DNA of 64,000 nucleotides from Longimicrobiales bacterium (GCA_965198065.1 CBDAON010000004.1:2144001-2208000), one strand, 5' to 3'; counted from the first letter of the stretch, positions 17,753-28,830 are shown. A program made the numbers and translations. Notes: generated by a model from the letters alone, not told the origin.

Positions 17753-17884
17753 AGTCAGCGGTGCGGATGGTGGGGTGTGTCCGTCCGACACGGCTCGAGT
17801 GGTTGCAGGAATGACGCCGTTCGGCCGAGGGCGGTTCAACCCAGGGCAGGTCAACTGAGAGCAGTTCAACTTTGAGGGGGATGC

Positions 17885-20683
17885 ATGATCAAGCTTCATC
17901 GCACAGCTTTGGCCGCCATGCTTCTGGCGTTTGGGGTGGCCGGCTGCGGAGACGAGGTCGTGGTGGGGGATGGCGGCGATGGCGCGGCTCCGCGAGCCCG
18001 GCGCCGGCCACGGCGACAAATACGACAGCCGGGTGCAGCGCCAGCAGCAGCGAGTCCGGCAGCTTCCTCGTCACGGCCGTAGTCACGAAGGGATCGGAGA
18101 CTTTCACCGTTTCCGCTTCGCTGACGGTTACGGAGGTGGCGACGACCCCGGCCCCGGTGACGATCTCGGCCATCAATCAGGGAGGCGTTCCGGCGCCGCT
18201 CGGCGCGATTATCGGTCAGGTGGACGTCGTGCTGAACCTCGAACGCGGCACGGAAATCTTAGAAACCCTCTCTCTCTTGGTCGACAACAGCGTGGTCGCG
18301 TCGCAGACGCTGAGTGTCGCCGCGGCCGCGCAAGGTGGGTGACGGTCCGGACGCGCAGGCGATCCAGCAGATCACGCTTTCCTTCCCCTCCGGGTGCTAC
18401 ACGAGCGGCGTAGCCGACGCCCCCTGCGGCACGGTGGACGAGGTTGCCGGGACCGCGTTCGTGAGACACGCTAACGGACCGCACGGCGTCTCTGCCCAGT
18501 TGACCGTGAGCGGCGGGGCAACGTCGCTCCGCGCTTCCAACGAAGTGACGCTCACGTTCGCCAACCCGAGCGGGTTCCACGTGCTCGCGGCGCTGCCTGA
18601 GAACGCGGACGGGACTTTGGCGAGCGGGATGGACGACGACGGCCTCATCTGGTACGGGGGCCCCGGAACGACCGAGTTCGGCATCACCGCAGTCCCCGTG
18701 CAGTTCGGGGCGGCCGTCGTCACGTCGGTGACTGTCGATTTCCTGGACTGCGATGACGACACGGACGACGAGGCGCCCTTCGCCTTCGAGTTCGACTGCG
18801 AGGGCGAGGATGCCGAGACAGCTGCGGCCGGCATCACGCCCGTCATCACTTCGGTTGCGGGTGAGAATCCGGGACCGGGCGGGATCCTGAACGCGGATCA
18901 CCCCTTCCCGGTGCGGGTGGACTACGCCGGGCCCGCCGAGCCGCCCGCCTTCATAGCGAACCCGAACAGCCGCCAGAACGGGTGGGTGAACGGCACGGTG
19001 GACCTGGCCGGACAGTGGGAGGATCCAGGCGACGACGCCTGGCTCGAGTACGGTGACGATGACACGGGGATCGGCGGCTACACCGTCGGGCTCCGGATGG
19101 ACTCGAGCGACCCCGAAACCACCGAGGCGGCTTTGGAAGCGGCCTGGTCGGACGACCCGGCGCTTCCGGATCCATCGCTGGGGAACGACGAGTATTGCGC
19201 GATCGCCTCGGCCCGAGACGACCTGGGCAACGAATCGGCGCTGCCGGACGACGACATCGACTGCACCGTGCCTATTGTCGCCTCCGAGACCGCCCTGGAC
19301 GGGGCCGCGGACGATGACCGCGTCGCGATCGACGAGGACGTGGACACCCACTTGAGGTTCGGGGTAGACACGACGCTGCCGGAGATCGACTTCGACGGCG
19401 GGAGCCTCGACGACGGCGACCGGGTCGCCGGGGCAACGCTGGGCGGCAACTTCGTCCTGGACGTGCAGGACGTCGGATCCATCGGGAACTCCGGGATGCT
19501 CTCCGACGCCGCGGTGATGGGAATCGTCGCGGTCGCTCTGCCGGGGGACGATCCCGAGTGCGTCATTCCCGTCGAGCCAGACATTGACGACTGCGAGCCG
19601 GTGTCGATCGAAGCGGCTCCCGCGTTCCCCCTCGTCACGACCACTACGGACTGGGCGTTGGAGGCGGAGACGACGCCCGCATTCTACTTCTTCTCGGGCC
19701 AGGCGCAGGACGCTGCCGGGAACCTCTCTGACCCGATCTTTGCGGTAGTGGCGTACGATCTGGCGACCAACAACCCGTCGCTCACCACGGCGCTCTTCGA
19801 TACGCCGCTCGGGGGTGGAACGGCGGAGTTCAACGCCAATGCGTCGGACAACCTCGACCTTCAGACGATCCGCTACCAGCTTCAGTACGCGGGTGGTCTC
19901 GCGGCTTCGCTAGCCTATCCGTCGACGGAGATCAACGACATGCCGGATGCCGAAGCGGGAGCTGATGCGGCTGCGTCGGCTCAGTTGGTGGACTTCGTGC
20001 GCTCGAACGTGCCCGTCGATGTCACGATCGCGGACTTCGTCCGTCAAATCGAGGACGTTACCGCCAACAGCGCCCTCGCGGTCGGAGGCGCGTTCAAGCT
20101 GGATGAGCTGCAGGGAATCATGCTCGACCAGGCGGACGTGGGGACCGCCGTGAGCCCCGTGATCACGGCAATCGCCGCGGCATCCGTCGAGGACGGGGTG
20201 TCGTACACCGCTCTCGCGGCGGAGCAGCTCCCGGACTCCTGGGATATCACGGAGCCGGGCGCCGCCAACGAGGAGGTTTCGATCGAAGATGACGATGACA
20301 TCCTCAGCGTCGACATCGAGGTAGAGCTGGCCGGCCCGACGGCCACGTTCAACTCGCCCTTCGTGCGAGTGGATTTCTATGCGTGCGTCGACTTGGGCGA
20401 CACGACCGGCGACAATTGCGTCACGGACGACGGCGGGCTCGTGCTCGAGCAGATCGGGTCGGTGACCACGCACGACACGGTGGACGACGGCTCGGCGTTC
20501 GGCCGCGTTCACACCTACGAGTTCGAGTGGACGCCCGGCGAGGAGTCACCGGTCACCGAGACCGGATGGACCAGCGGTGCCGCGGGTGCGGGTGTGGCGA
20601 TCGATATCTACGCGATTGGCGTGAACGCCGACGGCGACGCACTCGTGACGCTGGTGAACTCCAACATTGACCTGGTTGACTAA
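17885..20683 (+). pseudogene. Large acidic surface lipoprotein (S-layer/Ig-like), broken by two frame disruptions (probably assembly errors)
   Basis: Lipobox MIKLHRTALAAMLLAFGVAG/C. Coding-like sequence continues in another frame from ~17990 and changes frame again at ~18339. The remaining ~780 aa are D/E/T/A/G-rich. Confidence 0.7.
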
Positions 20684-20719
20684 CCCCGAGTAATCGGGCT
20701 TGTAGTACCGCAGCAACCC

Positions 20720-20750
20720 GAGGGGTCCGGCCCGAGTGTCCGGGCCCCTC
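20720..20750 (+). terminator. GC-rich hairpin, putative terminator of the lipoprotein gene
   Basis: GAGGGGTCCGG...CCGGGCCCCTC stem followed by AGGGCTTCTT. Confidence 0.5.
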
Positions 20751-20772
20751 AGGGCTTCTTAGGGTGGCTTTC

Positions 20773-21216
20773 ATGCGTTACTGCCTTCGTCTCCGGCGGG
20801 TCCCTCCGTGGACCCTCCTCGTGTGCGCGTTCACGCTCCTTACGACCGCTTCTTGCGCCCCCGACCTCCCCGGCTCCGAAGCGCTGGAGGCGCTCGAGGC
20901 CGGAGCCCCGAGGGCCGAGGTGCTGAGCGTGCTCCTGCCCGGGGGCATCATTGCCAGTCGAGAGGGTGACGAGGCCCTTCTCGCAAACGGGTACTGGAGG
21001 GATCAGTACTTCATCGAGGGGCGGGTGGTCGAGGTTCTCTGGGTCCACGATCCGACCCGGGGCTTTCCGGCGGAGGATTGGAGGACGCGCCTGAATCCCG
21101 TCATCATCGTAGACGAGCGGCTGGACGGCTGGGGATGGAGGTACTTCGACCGGCGGCGGGAGGAGTGGGGGATTCCGGAAGGTCCCTCGAACCTTCCGGA
21201 GATGCCGACCGTCTGA
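20773..21216 (+). CDS. Hypothetical lipoprotein
   Basis: Basic N-terminus, hydrophobic stretch, TAS/C lipobox-like site; C-terminal PVIIVDERLDGWGW. Confidence 0.6.
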   Translation: MRYCLRLRRVPPWTLLVCAFTLLTTASCAPDLPGSEALEALEAGAPRAEVLSVLLPGGIIASREGDEALLANGYWRDQYFIEGRVVEVLWVHDPTRGFPAEDWRTRLNPVIIVDERLDGWGWRYFDRRREEWGIPEGPSNLPEMPTV

Positions 21217-21452
21217 CGCGGCGGGCGGTGTCCTATTAGACCATTGGTCAGGCGGGGCGACGTGCCGTATGCTACCGCATGCCGGAGCCCGAGCTGGAAG
21301 AGCGAGTCGCGCAGCTCGAAGGCCGTGTCGAGGCCGTCGGCCGGAACCCGTCCGCTGCATGCCGACGAAGGTCCGCGTCCGGCGCGTGACAGAGGAGGGT
21401 CCCCCCCTTCCTCCGCCCTTACCCGGTCAACGCCTCACCGGCAAACGCGCGT

Positions 21453-23591
21453 TCAGTGCGCCGCGAGCTCCAGGATCGCGTCCAGCACGTTCCCGACCTG
21501 GGGAAGGATCGCTTCCTCCAGCTGCGGCGAATACGCGACCCACACGTCCTTGGCCGCCACCCGCTTCACGGGTCCGTCCAGCCACGCGAACAGTTCGTCC
21601 GCGATCCGTGCGGCGACCTCCGCTCCGATCCCCCAAGAGAGCGCGTCCTCGTGCGCCACGATCACGCGCCCCGTCTTCCGGACCGAGTCGGCGATCCGAT
21701 CCATGTCGAGGGGGTTGATCGACCGGAGGTCCAGGACCTCGACCTCGATCCCGTGCTGCTCCGACGCGATCCGCGCCGCGTCGAGCGACCGCTTCACAAG
21801 AGCCCCGCACGTTATCACGGACAAGTCCGTCCCCGCCCGCGCGATCCTGGCCTTCGCGAACGGGATCATGAACTCCTTCCCCGGATAACGTCCCTTGTTG
21901 TGGACCTGCCGGTACAGGTGCTTGGGCTCGAGAAAGATCACGGGATCCTCGCAGCGGATGGCGGTGCGGAGAAGCCCGACCGCGTCTCTGGCCGAGGAGG
22001 GGAGGACCACCCGGAGCCCCGGAGTGTGCGCGAAGATGCTCGCGCCGGTCTGTGAATGGTAGATGGCGCCACCCTTCAGGTAGCCCCCGTACGGGACTCG
22101 GATCACGATCGGGGCGCACCAACCGTTTCCAGAGCGGTAGCGGACAGTGGCGATCTCGTTTCGGATCTGGTGGAAACCGGGCCAGATGTAGTCGAAGAAC
22201 TGGATCTCGACCACGGGCTTGAAGCCCCGCATGGCCAGCCCGTACGCACGCCCCACGATGTTGGCCTCCGCCAGCGGAGAGTTGAACACGCGGTACTCCC
22301 CGAAGCGGCGCTGAAGCCCGTGCGTAATCTTGAAGACCCCGCCCTTGCCGGGCACCTCGTCCAGGATCTCCACGCGCGAGGCGTCGGCGACATCCTGACC
22401 GAAACAGAGGATCCGGGGATCGCGCTCCATCTCGTCGGCCAGACAGGCGTTGAGCAGGTCGACCATCGTGAGCTCACGATCTCCCTCGTCTTCGGGCCGA
22501 TCTTCCGTGTCGAACGCCTCTGACGTGGGATCCACGTCCTCCGAGTAAAGCCACCGGGTCGCCGTGCTGGCGTCGGGCTGCGGGTACGCGAGGGACTGGT
22601 CTGCGATCTCCGCGATGCTCGCCGTCACCTCCGCCGCGAGGGCGGCCAGCTCCTCCTCGTCGGCGAGGCCTTCCTCGACGAGGAGCGTGCGGGTCCGCTC
22701 CAGGGGATCCTTCCGCGCGGCCTCGCTTCGCTCTGCCGAAGAGCGGTACGCGCGGTGGTCGTCCGACATCGAGTGCGGGCAGAGTCGCACCGTGTGCGCG
22801 TGTACGAGAGCGGGTCCCCTCCCGTCGCGGCAGTAGCGTATCGCCGCCCCGCTCTTCTCGTAGGAGTCTAGGAGATCGGTCCCGTCGCACTCGATGACGT
22901 AGAGATCGGGAACCCCCCGTACCAGCCGCGACACGCTCCCTCCGGCAGTCTGCACCTCGACCGGCACCGAGATCGCGTACTCGTTGTCCTCCACCAGGAA
23001 GACGACCGGCAGCCTCAGGTTCGACGCGGTGTTCAGGGCCTCCCAGAACTCTCCCTCGGACGTGGTCCCGTCTCCAGAGCACACGAGGACGACCTCGTCG
23101 TCCTCGTGTTCCTCCACGAGCCGGCGGACCTCGGGAATGAGCCGAGCGCGGTACGTCCCTTCGGCAGTGCCGACGGCCTGGAGGTACTGGGTTCCCGTCG
23201 GCGAGGAGACGGTGACGATCCGAAGCGCGGGATCGCTGAAGTGGGTGGGCATCTGGCGTCCGCGCGAGGCCGGATCCGCATCCGCGGCGACGGCCTGGAG
23301 AAAGTGCTGGAGAGGGGGGACGCCCATGGCGAGCGCGAACGCGCGATCCCGGTAGTAGAAGTAGATCCAGTCCGACCCCGGCCTAAGGTGGCGGGCCGTC
23401 GCGACCTGAATCGCCTCGTGCCCCGCTGCGGAGACCTGGAAGAACGCCGTGTTCTGACGCTTCATGCTCTCCTCGCGATCGTCCAGCGCGCGCGAGGTGA
23501 GCATGATCCGGTACATGTCGAGGAGATCGGCGCGCTCGAGCCCGTGAAAGTCACGCGCCGTCTCGGTTTCCGCAGGAGTCCTCGTGGCCAT
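21453..23591 (-). CDS. Fused alpha/beta E1 component of a 2-oxoacid (probably branched-chain) dehydrogenase
   Basis: Alpha: [20 protein letters not shown]...N. Beta: [25 protein letters not shown]. Confidence 0.93.
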   Translation of the reverse strand: MATRTPAETETARDFHGLERADLLDMYRIMLTSRALDDREESMKRQNTAFFQVSAAGHEAIQVATARHLRPGSDWIYFYYRDRAFALAMGVPPLQHFLQAVAADADPASRGRQMPTHFSDPALRIVTVSSPTGTQYLQAVGTAEGTYRARLIPEVRRLVEEHEDDEVVLVCSGDGTTSEGEFWEALNTASNLRLPVVFLVEDNEYAISVPVEVQTAGGSVSRLVRGVPDLYVIECDGTDLLDSYEKSGAAIRYCRDGRGPALVHAHTVRLCPHSMSDDHRAYRSSAERSEAARKDPLERTRTLLVEEGLADEEELAALAAEVTASIAEIADQSLAYPQPDASTATRWLYSEDVDPTSEAFDTEDRPEDEGDRELTMVDLLNACLADEMERDPRILCFGQDVADASRVEILDEVPGKGGVFKITHGLQRRFGEYRVFNSPLAEANIVGRAYGLAMRGFKPVVEIQFFDYIWPGFHQIRNEIATVRYRSGNGWCAPIVIRVPYGGYLKGGAIYHSQTGASIFAHTPGLRVVLPSSARDAVGLLRTAIRCEDPVIFLEPKHLYRQVHNKGRYPGKEFMIPFAKARIARAGTDLSVITCGALVKRSLDAARIASEQHGIEVEVLDLRSINPLDMDRIADSVRKTGRVIVAHEDALSWGIGAEVAARIADELFAWLDGPVKRVAAKDVWVAYSPQLEEAILPQVGNVLDAILELAAH

Positions 23592-23673
23592 CAGACCAAG
23601 ATAGATCGGGGCGGAGGGAGGGCCAAGGAAGCCCCGAAGGCAGTTCCTGTAGGCGACCTCGCGCGGGATCGGG

Positions 23674-25791
23674 TCACTCCCGGCCTTCGGGCATGAGCTC
23701 CGAAAGCTCGCGCCCGAGCGCTTCCGGATCCGTCACGGGAGCGCGGCACGCGAAGTCGGTGCATACGAACGCCGTCGCGGCGCCGTCCAGCATTGCTCGT
23801 CCCTCGACCAGGGGATTCGACGCGCCCGGGCCCTCCCCGTCCAGGACGCCCGTGATCACCGCTCCCGGGAAGAAGCGGCGGTGGGTTTCGCACAGAAGCG
23901 CCCGGGTCTGAGGATCCCCGCGCCTTCCGAAGATCGCCACCTCGAGCGGTGGGTAGGCGAGGCGCAGCGCGACCGTGAGGAGCCTCCCGAAGCCCGACGG
24001 CATTTGCTCGATACCGCCCACCTCCCGACCCACGATTTCCCGCGCGGCCCGAACCCGCACGTCGTCGCCAAGCAGCCGACCGAGCCGGAGCTTGAGCTCC
24101 GCGGCCTGCGAGGTTCCGGAGGGTAGGGGCATGTCCATGATCTCGCGCGGCCGTATCACGAGGGGATCGCTGTCCGCGGGCGTGTCGTAGAGGAGACCGG
24201 TCGCCTCGTCACGAAAGCGAGCCTCGACCTCGGCGTCCAGCTCGAGCGCACCATCCAGCCAGCGGGGCTCGAGGGTCGCCTCGTGCACACTGAGCAGAGC
24301 ATTTCCGAGGGCCGCGATGTCGTCCAGGAAGGCGGGAATCCGTGAGCCGGCCGCCGCGGCTGCGTCCGACTCGTCGGGAAGGAGGGGGGGCACCTGATGG
24401 AGGAGCCGTCCCTCGGGGCACAGGGCCCCGAGAAGCCATTCGGCGGCATCCGTCGCGGCGCGGACGTAACGAGGCTCGTCCAACGCGGCCCCCGTTTCGG
24501 CAAGCGATCGGATGGCCAGGCCGTTCCACCCCGCCAGGAGCTTCTCGTCCCAGGCCGGTGGCACCCGGCGTGAACGAGCGTCCTTCAGCCGCGCTCGGGC
24601 GGCCGCGAGAGCCCGATCGAGCTCCGCAGGGCTCACGCCTTCGTCCCGCGCGACGGCATCGAGGTCGTGAGGCAGGTGTAGGATGTTCCGCCCCTCGAAG
24701 TTCCCTGCCTTGGAGACGTCGTAGCACCTTTGGAAGAGACGACTCTCCTCGGCTCCGAGCGCGGCGTCCACCTCCTCGGGTGCCCATAGGTAAAAGCGCC
24801 CCTCCTCTCCCTCCGAATCCGCGTCCAGCGCGGCGAAGAACGCACCTTCGGGGCCGCGGAAGTTCTCCAGGAGATCCTCCACGACGGCTCTGCAGATCGC
24901 CAGGAGGTCGAGGTCGCCGCTCAGCTGGAAGCCCCGAAGGTAGGTTCCGGCGAGGAGCGCGTTGTCGTAGAGCATCTTCTCGAAGTGGGGAACGAGCCAC
25001 TGCCGGTCCACCGAGTACCGATGGAACCCGCCGGCCAGGTGGTCGCGGATCCCGCCCCGCCCCATCCGCCGAAGCGTGTGCACGACCGCGTCGAGGGCCC
25101 GCTTCTGGCCCGAGAACGCGAAGACCGCGAGAAGAAAGTCCAGGAGAACTGGCTGGGGGAACTTCGGCGCCTGACCAAACCCCCCGAACGTCGGGTCGAA
25201 CCGTTCCAGGAGCTCTTCCTCCGCCTTCGACACGAGGGAGATGTCCACCCGATCCGGCGCCGGCTCCGTCGGCTCGCCGTCCGGCCCGAGCGTGGACCTT
25301 CGAAGAAGGCTCGCGATCTTCTCCGCGGCGTCCGCGACCTGGCCCCGTTGTTGGTCCCACGCCGCGCGGGTGGCCGACAGGACCTGGCGAAACGAAGGCA
25401 TCCCGTGGCGCGGCTCGGGGGGGAAGTACGTCCCGCCGTAGTAGGGACGGGCGTCCGGAGTCAGGAACACCGTCAGCGGCCAGCCTCCCCGGCCGGTCAA
25501 CGCCTGAACGGCCCTCATGTAGATCCCGTCCACGTCCGGGCGCTCCTCCCGGTCGACCTTCACACACACGAAGGCCTCGTTCATGACCGCGGCGGTGTCC
25601 GGATCCTCGAACGACTCGCGCTCCATGACGTGGCACCAGTGGCAGGCGGAATACCCGATGGAGAGGAGGATCGGACGCTCCTCCTCCCGTGCGCGCTCGA
25701 GGGCCTCGGGACCCCAGCGGTACCAGTCTACCGGGTTGTCGGCGTGTTGCCGGAGATAGAGGCTCTGCTCTCGGGCCAGTCGGTTGGCCAT
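23674..25791 (-). CDS. YyaL/DUF255 thioredoxin-domain protein
   Basis: MANRLA...[41 protein letters not shown]. Confidence 0.93.
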   Translation of the reverse strand: MANRLAREQSLYLRQHADNPVDWYRWGPEALERAREEERPILLSIGYSACHWCHVMERESFEDPDTAAVMNEAFVCVKVDREERPDVDGIYMRAVQALTGRGGWPLTVFLTPDARPYYGGTYFPPEPRHGMPSFRQVLSATRAAWDQQRGQVADAAEKIASLLRRSTLGPDGEPTEPAPDRVDISLVSKAEEELLERFDPTFGGFGQAPKFPQPVLLDFLLAVFAFSGQKRALDAVVHTLRRMGRGGIRDHLAGGFHRYSVDRQWLVPHFEKMLYDNALLAGTYLRGFQLSGDLDLLAICRAVVEDLLENFRGPEGAFFAALDADSEGEEGRFYLWAPEEVDAALGAEESRLFQRCYDVSKAGNFEGRNILHLPHDLDAVARDEGVSPAELDRALAAARARLKDARSRRVPPAWDEKLLAGWNGLAIRSLAETGAALDEPRYVRAATDAAEWLLGALCPEGRLLHQVPPLLPDESDAAAAAGSRIPAFLDDIAALGNALLSVHEATLEPRWLDGALELDAEVEARFRDEATGLLYDTPADSDPLVIRPREIMDMPLPSGTSQAAELKLRLGRLLGDDVRVRAAREIVGREVGGIEQMPSGFGRLLTVALRLAYPPLEVAIFGRRGDPQTRALLCETHRRFFPGAVITGVLDGEGPGASNPLVEGRAMLDGAATAFVCTDFACRAPVTDPEALGRELSELMPEGRE

Positions 25792-25804
25792 GGGGGCTCG
25801 GCGG

Positions 25805-26068
25805 TCACTCGGAGGCGCCGGAGTTGGTCGACCCACCCTTCGGCTCGGGTCCACCGGCGGGGTTCGCGGGGGCGAGGGCCTCGAGCTCGTCCTCGGTGAA
25901 CACGGAGATGCCCGCCTCTCCGTCCAGCTGAACGCCGTAGCGGTCCCCACTCCCCTTGAGGAGATGAACCACGGTTCCCGATTTCCCCTCGACGGCCGGA
26001 TCCAACGGTAGGCGTCCCCGCTGGATCCTCACTCGTGAACCCTGCGGACGGACCTGGATCTTCACCAT
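25805..26068 (-). CDS. Small hypothetical protein (SH3/KOW-like)
   Basis: GSRVRI...GKSGTVV...YGVQLD...FTEDELE pattern; co-oriented with neighbours. Confidence 0.6.
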   Translation of the reverse strand: MVKIQVRPQGSRVRIQRGRLPLDPAVEGKSGTVVHLLKGSGDRYGVQLDGEAGISVFTEDELEALAPANPAGGPEPKGGSTNSGASE

Positions 26069-26156
26069 GCGGAGAGCGCTCTCCAATCCCTGAAGTGGGC
26101 CGGGGAGCGAAGGGGAGCGTCCGTGAAGGGGGTCCCGCAGGAAGCCCGGCGGCCTG

Positions 26157-26633
26157 CTACCGCGTAGAGGCGAGATCGGGGATCTGCACCCCCTGCGCGA
26201 TCTGGTGGAGGACGAAACGGGCGACGTCCTCCGGTGACGCGGACTCCTCCCGGGCCACGATCCGTGCTATCCCGATCCGGCGGCCGTCCGCGCAGACCAG
26301 GCTCAAGAACGCGGCGGGCAGGCTCCTCGTCCCGGTGGCGGCCTGTTGCCACGGCTCCGGCTCGGAGGCGCCGTCTTCCATGGGGTCCGCTCCGTTCACC
26401 GAGATTCCTACGACCGCGACGCGAACACTTCCGCTCCCGAGGGACTCCGAGATCCCGGCCAGCTCGTCCTCGTCCACGGAAATGGTCGCGAGAAAGGAAG
26501 GTATGCCCTTCACGAGAAGCCCCAACGAGAGGGCTATCTGCCCTCCTGGCAGGTTAACGCCGTCACCCCCGCCACACCCAACCGAGTGAAGCACCGGATA
26601 TTCTGGGCTCACGAACGCGTTGAAGTCTCGCAT
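26157..26633 (-). CDS. Hypothetical protein
   Basis: 158-aa ORF with protein-like composition, co-oriented with the downstream genes. Confidence 0.65.
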   Translation of the reverse strand: MRDFNAFVSPEYPVLHSVGCGGGDGVNLPGGQIALSLGLLVKGIPSFLATISVDEDELAGISESLGSGSVRVAVVGISVNGADPMEDGASEPEPWQQAATGTRSLPAAFLSLVCADGRRIGIARIVAREESASPEDVARFVLHQIAQGVQIPDLASTR

Positions 26634-26763
26634 CAGTTCTCAAGGTCGCGCGGGTCGACCCTTCTGGCAACCGGGTGGTTCGGGCTAGATTAGCCAGTTG
26701 TGGGGCCGAGAAGAGGCGGGGCCGCGGGGGGCCAAGGGGGGGCAAGCGCTCGCGCGACCGCGG

Positions 26764-27042
26764 ATGAGGAGTCCGCGAGAGGAGGACCCGAGGGTGGGGC
26801 TTCACCGCTCGATGATCCGGCTGGGCGCTCGCCGGCCGTGGCTCCTCCCGGACCTCGTCGGGCTGGCCTGGGTGGCCCGGGGAAGAGAGTGGTACCGACG
26901 ACCCCCCTTCCTCCCCCTGCCGTCCGCTCCTTACCTACGCTGGAGGATGGAGACGGCGTACGGGGAGCCCGACGCCGAGCCCCCGGCGAAGGAGGCGGCC
27001 CGGTACCTCCGCTGGGCCGCGCGCATGCGGAAGGGGCGGTGA
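26764..27042 (+). CDS. Hypothetical protein
   Basis: WYRRPPFLPLP...YLRWRMETAYG motif; start uncertain. Confidence 0.6.
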   Translation: MRSPREEDPRVGLHRSMIRLGARRPWLLPDLVGLAWVARGREWYRRPPFLPLPSAPYLRWRMETAYGEPDAEPPAKEAARYLRWAARMRKGR

Positions 27043-27055
27043 AAAGGAGCCGAGG

Positions 27056-27449
27056 ATGGGCAAGGTCCTGATCATGCTGCTCCTGGCGCTCGGGGCCGGC
27101 CTTTACTTTCCCGGCCCGCGCGAAGTCATCTGTAGGATACGCCGAGCCCCTCCTGACACCCGTGCGTCGCTGGACCACCGGTCAGGAGCTCGAGCTCGTT
27201 GCCGAGGACCTGGAGAGGGAGCAGGAGACCCGGGGAACGCTTCCGTCGGGACGGGGGGAGTTCGACCCGTGGCTGGACCGGCGGTACCGGCAGGAGCCGT
27301 CGCGGTTCGACGCGTGGGGAAGTCGCTACACGCTCCGCGTTCAGGGGGATTCCTTCTATGTCAGCTCGGCTGGACCGGACGGGGAGCTGGGGACCCCGGA
27401 CGACCTGATCGAGAGCAGGAGGCTGGCGCCCCGCGCCCGCTCTCGTTGA
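27056..27449 (+). pseudogene. GspG/T2SSG-like small exported protein, frameshifted at ~27131
   Basis: N-terminal TM MGKVLIMLLLALGAGLYF. Removing one T in ATC-T-GTA joins it to ...DAWGSRY...SAGPDGELGTPDDL, a pseudopilin C-terminal motif. Confidence 0.65.
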
Positions 27450-27504
27450 CCACCCCGGAAACCCCGGCTCCGGGCCCTTCCCCCTCCGTGCCCGGCGTAG
27501 CTCT

Positions 27505-28830
27505 GTGTTGAGCGTAGCGCTCACGGGGAACGCCGCGTCGGGCAAGTCCGAGGTTGCCCGGGTTTGGCGTGATACGGGCGTCCCCGTCCTCTCCGCCGAC
27601 GAGCTCTCCCGGGAGGCCGTCCCACCGGGCTCGCCCGCTCTCGAGGAAATCCGCGCCGCGTTCGGCGAGGACGTGCTCCGGCCCGATGGAACGCTCGATC
27701 GGGATCGGATGCGGCGGCGCATCTTCCAGGACGCCGAGGCCCGCGGCCGGCTGGAGGCCATCCTCCATCCTCGAATTGGACGCCTCCGTGAGGAGTGGCT
27801 GGAGGCCCGGAGCGGGGAAGGGTGCGCGCTCGTCGTGACGGAGATCCCACTTCTCTACGAGGTGGGCCTCGAGGGATCCGTGGACCTAGTCGTAGTCGTG
27901 CACGCGTCCGAAGAGGAGCGCGAGCGGCGGCTCGTCAAAGACAGGCGGATGACTCCGGACGAGGCCCGTCAGATCATGGGGGCCCAGGGAGACGCCGCCG
28001 CCAAGCTGTCCCGGGCGGATTACGTGATCGGGAACGACGCCGGCCTCGAGGAGCTGGGGCGAAAGGCGACCGCCCTACTGGCCACCCTGGAAGAGCGGGC
28101 CCGGAGCGGTCGGGACCACGGCTCGGGGATTGGTCGCGAGGGGCGGTTCCGCGTGGACTTCCACGTGCACACCTGGGGCTCCTGGGACTCCCTCTCCGAT
28201 CCGGCGAGGCTCCTTGCCCGAGCGCGGGCGAAGGGGCTCCACCGGATCGCGATCACAGACCACAACGTTCTGGAAGTGGCGCTCGAATGGGCGGACCGGG
28301 AACCGGACCGGGTCATTCCCGGAGAGGAAGTGCGGACCCGGGAGGGCATCGACGTGATTGCCCTCTACCTGTCGGAGCGGATCCCAAAGGGCACTCCGGC
28401 GGAGGAGGTGTGTAACGAGGTCCACCGCCAGGGCGGGATCGTGTACCTCCCTCACCCGTACGCGAGGGGCAAGGGAGGGTCCGGCCGGCTGGCCGAGGCC
28501 CTCGCGCCCCTGGTCGATGTCGTCGAGGTGTTCAATGCGAGGCTGCGCTCCGAGGAGCGCAACCGACAGGGCCTGGATCTCGCGGAGAGGCACAGCCTCC
28601 TGCGAGGCGCCGGCTCGGACGCCCACACCCTAGGCGAAATCGGGAACGCATGGGTCGAGCTGCCCCGGCACCCGAACCGGCCGCGGGCCCTGCTCGACGC
28701 CGTCCGGCAGGGCGTGGTCGGAGGGGGCGGAGCGAGTCCCCTCGCGTTTGCCAGCTCGAACCTCGCCAAGGTTTACAAGCGGCTTCGAGGGCAGCGTTCC
28801 GGGCCCCGGCCTATTCGGAGGTCGCCTTGA
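27505..28830 (+). CDS. coaE: Dephospho-CoA kinase fused to a C-terminal PHP domain
   Basis: ALTGNAASGKS P-loop, LEAILHP, EIPLLYE; then DFHVHT, ITDHN, GEE, PHP, EVFNAR, GSDAH. Confidence 0.88.
   Translation: MLSVALTGNAASGKSEVARVWRDTGVPVLSADELSREAVPPGSPALEEIRAAFGEDVLRPDGTLDRDRMRRRIFQDAEARGRLEAILHPRIGRLREEWLEARSGEGCALVVTEIPLLYEVGLEGSVDLVVVVHASEEERERRLVKDRRMTPDEARQIMGAQGDAAAKLSRADYVIGNDAGLEELGRKATALLATLEERARSGRDHGSGIGREGRFRVDFHVHTWGSWDSLSDPARLLARARAKGLHRIAITDHNVLEVALEWADREPDRVIPGEEVRTREGIDVIALYLSERIPKGTPAEEVCNEVHRQGGIVYLPHPYARGKGGSGRLAEALAPLVDVVEVFNARLRSEERNRQGLDLAERHSLLRGAGSDAHTLGEIGNAWVELPRHPNRPRALLDAVRQGVVGGGGASPLAFASSNLAKVYKRLRGQRSGPRPIRRSP

Noticed and set aside
18340..18342. Selenocysteine or programmed readthrough at the TGA
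   Set aside because: The downstream coding sequence is in a different frame, and a one-base deletion explains the break.
21453..23591. E1 alpha/beta fusion as a novelty
   Set aside because: This fusion is already well known in several bacterial phyla.
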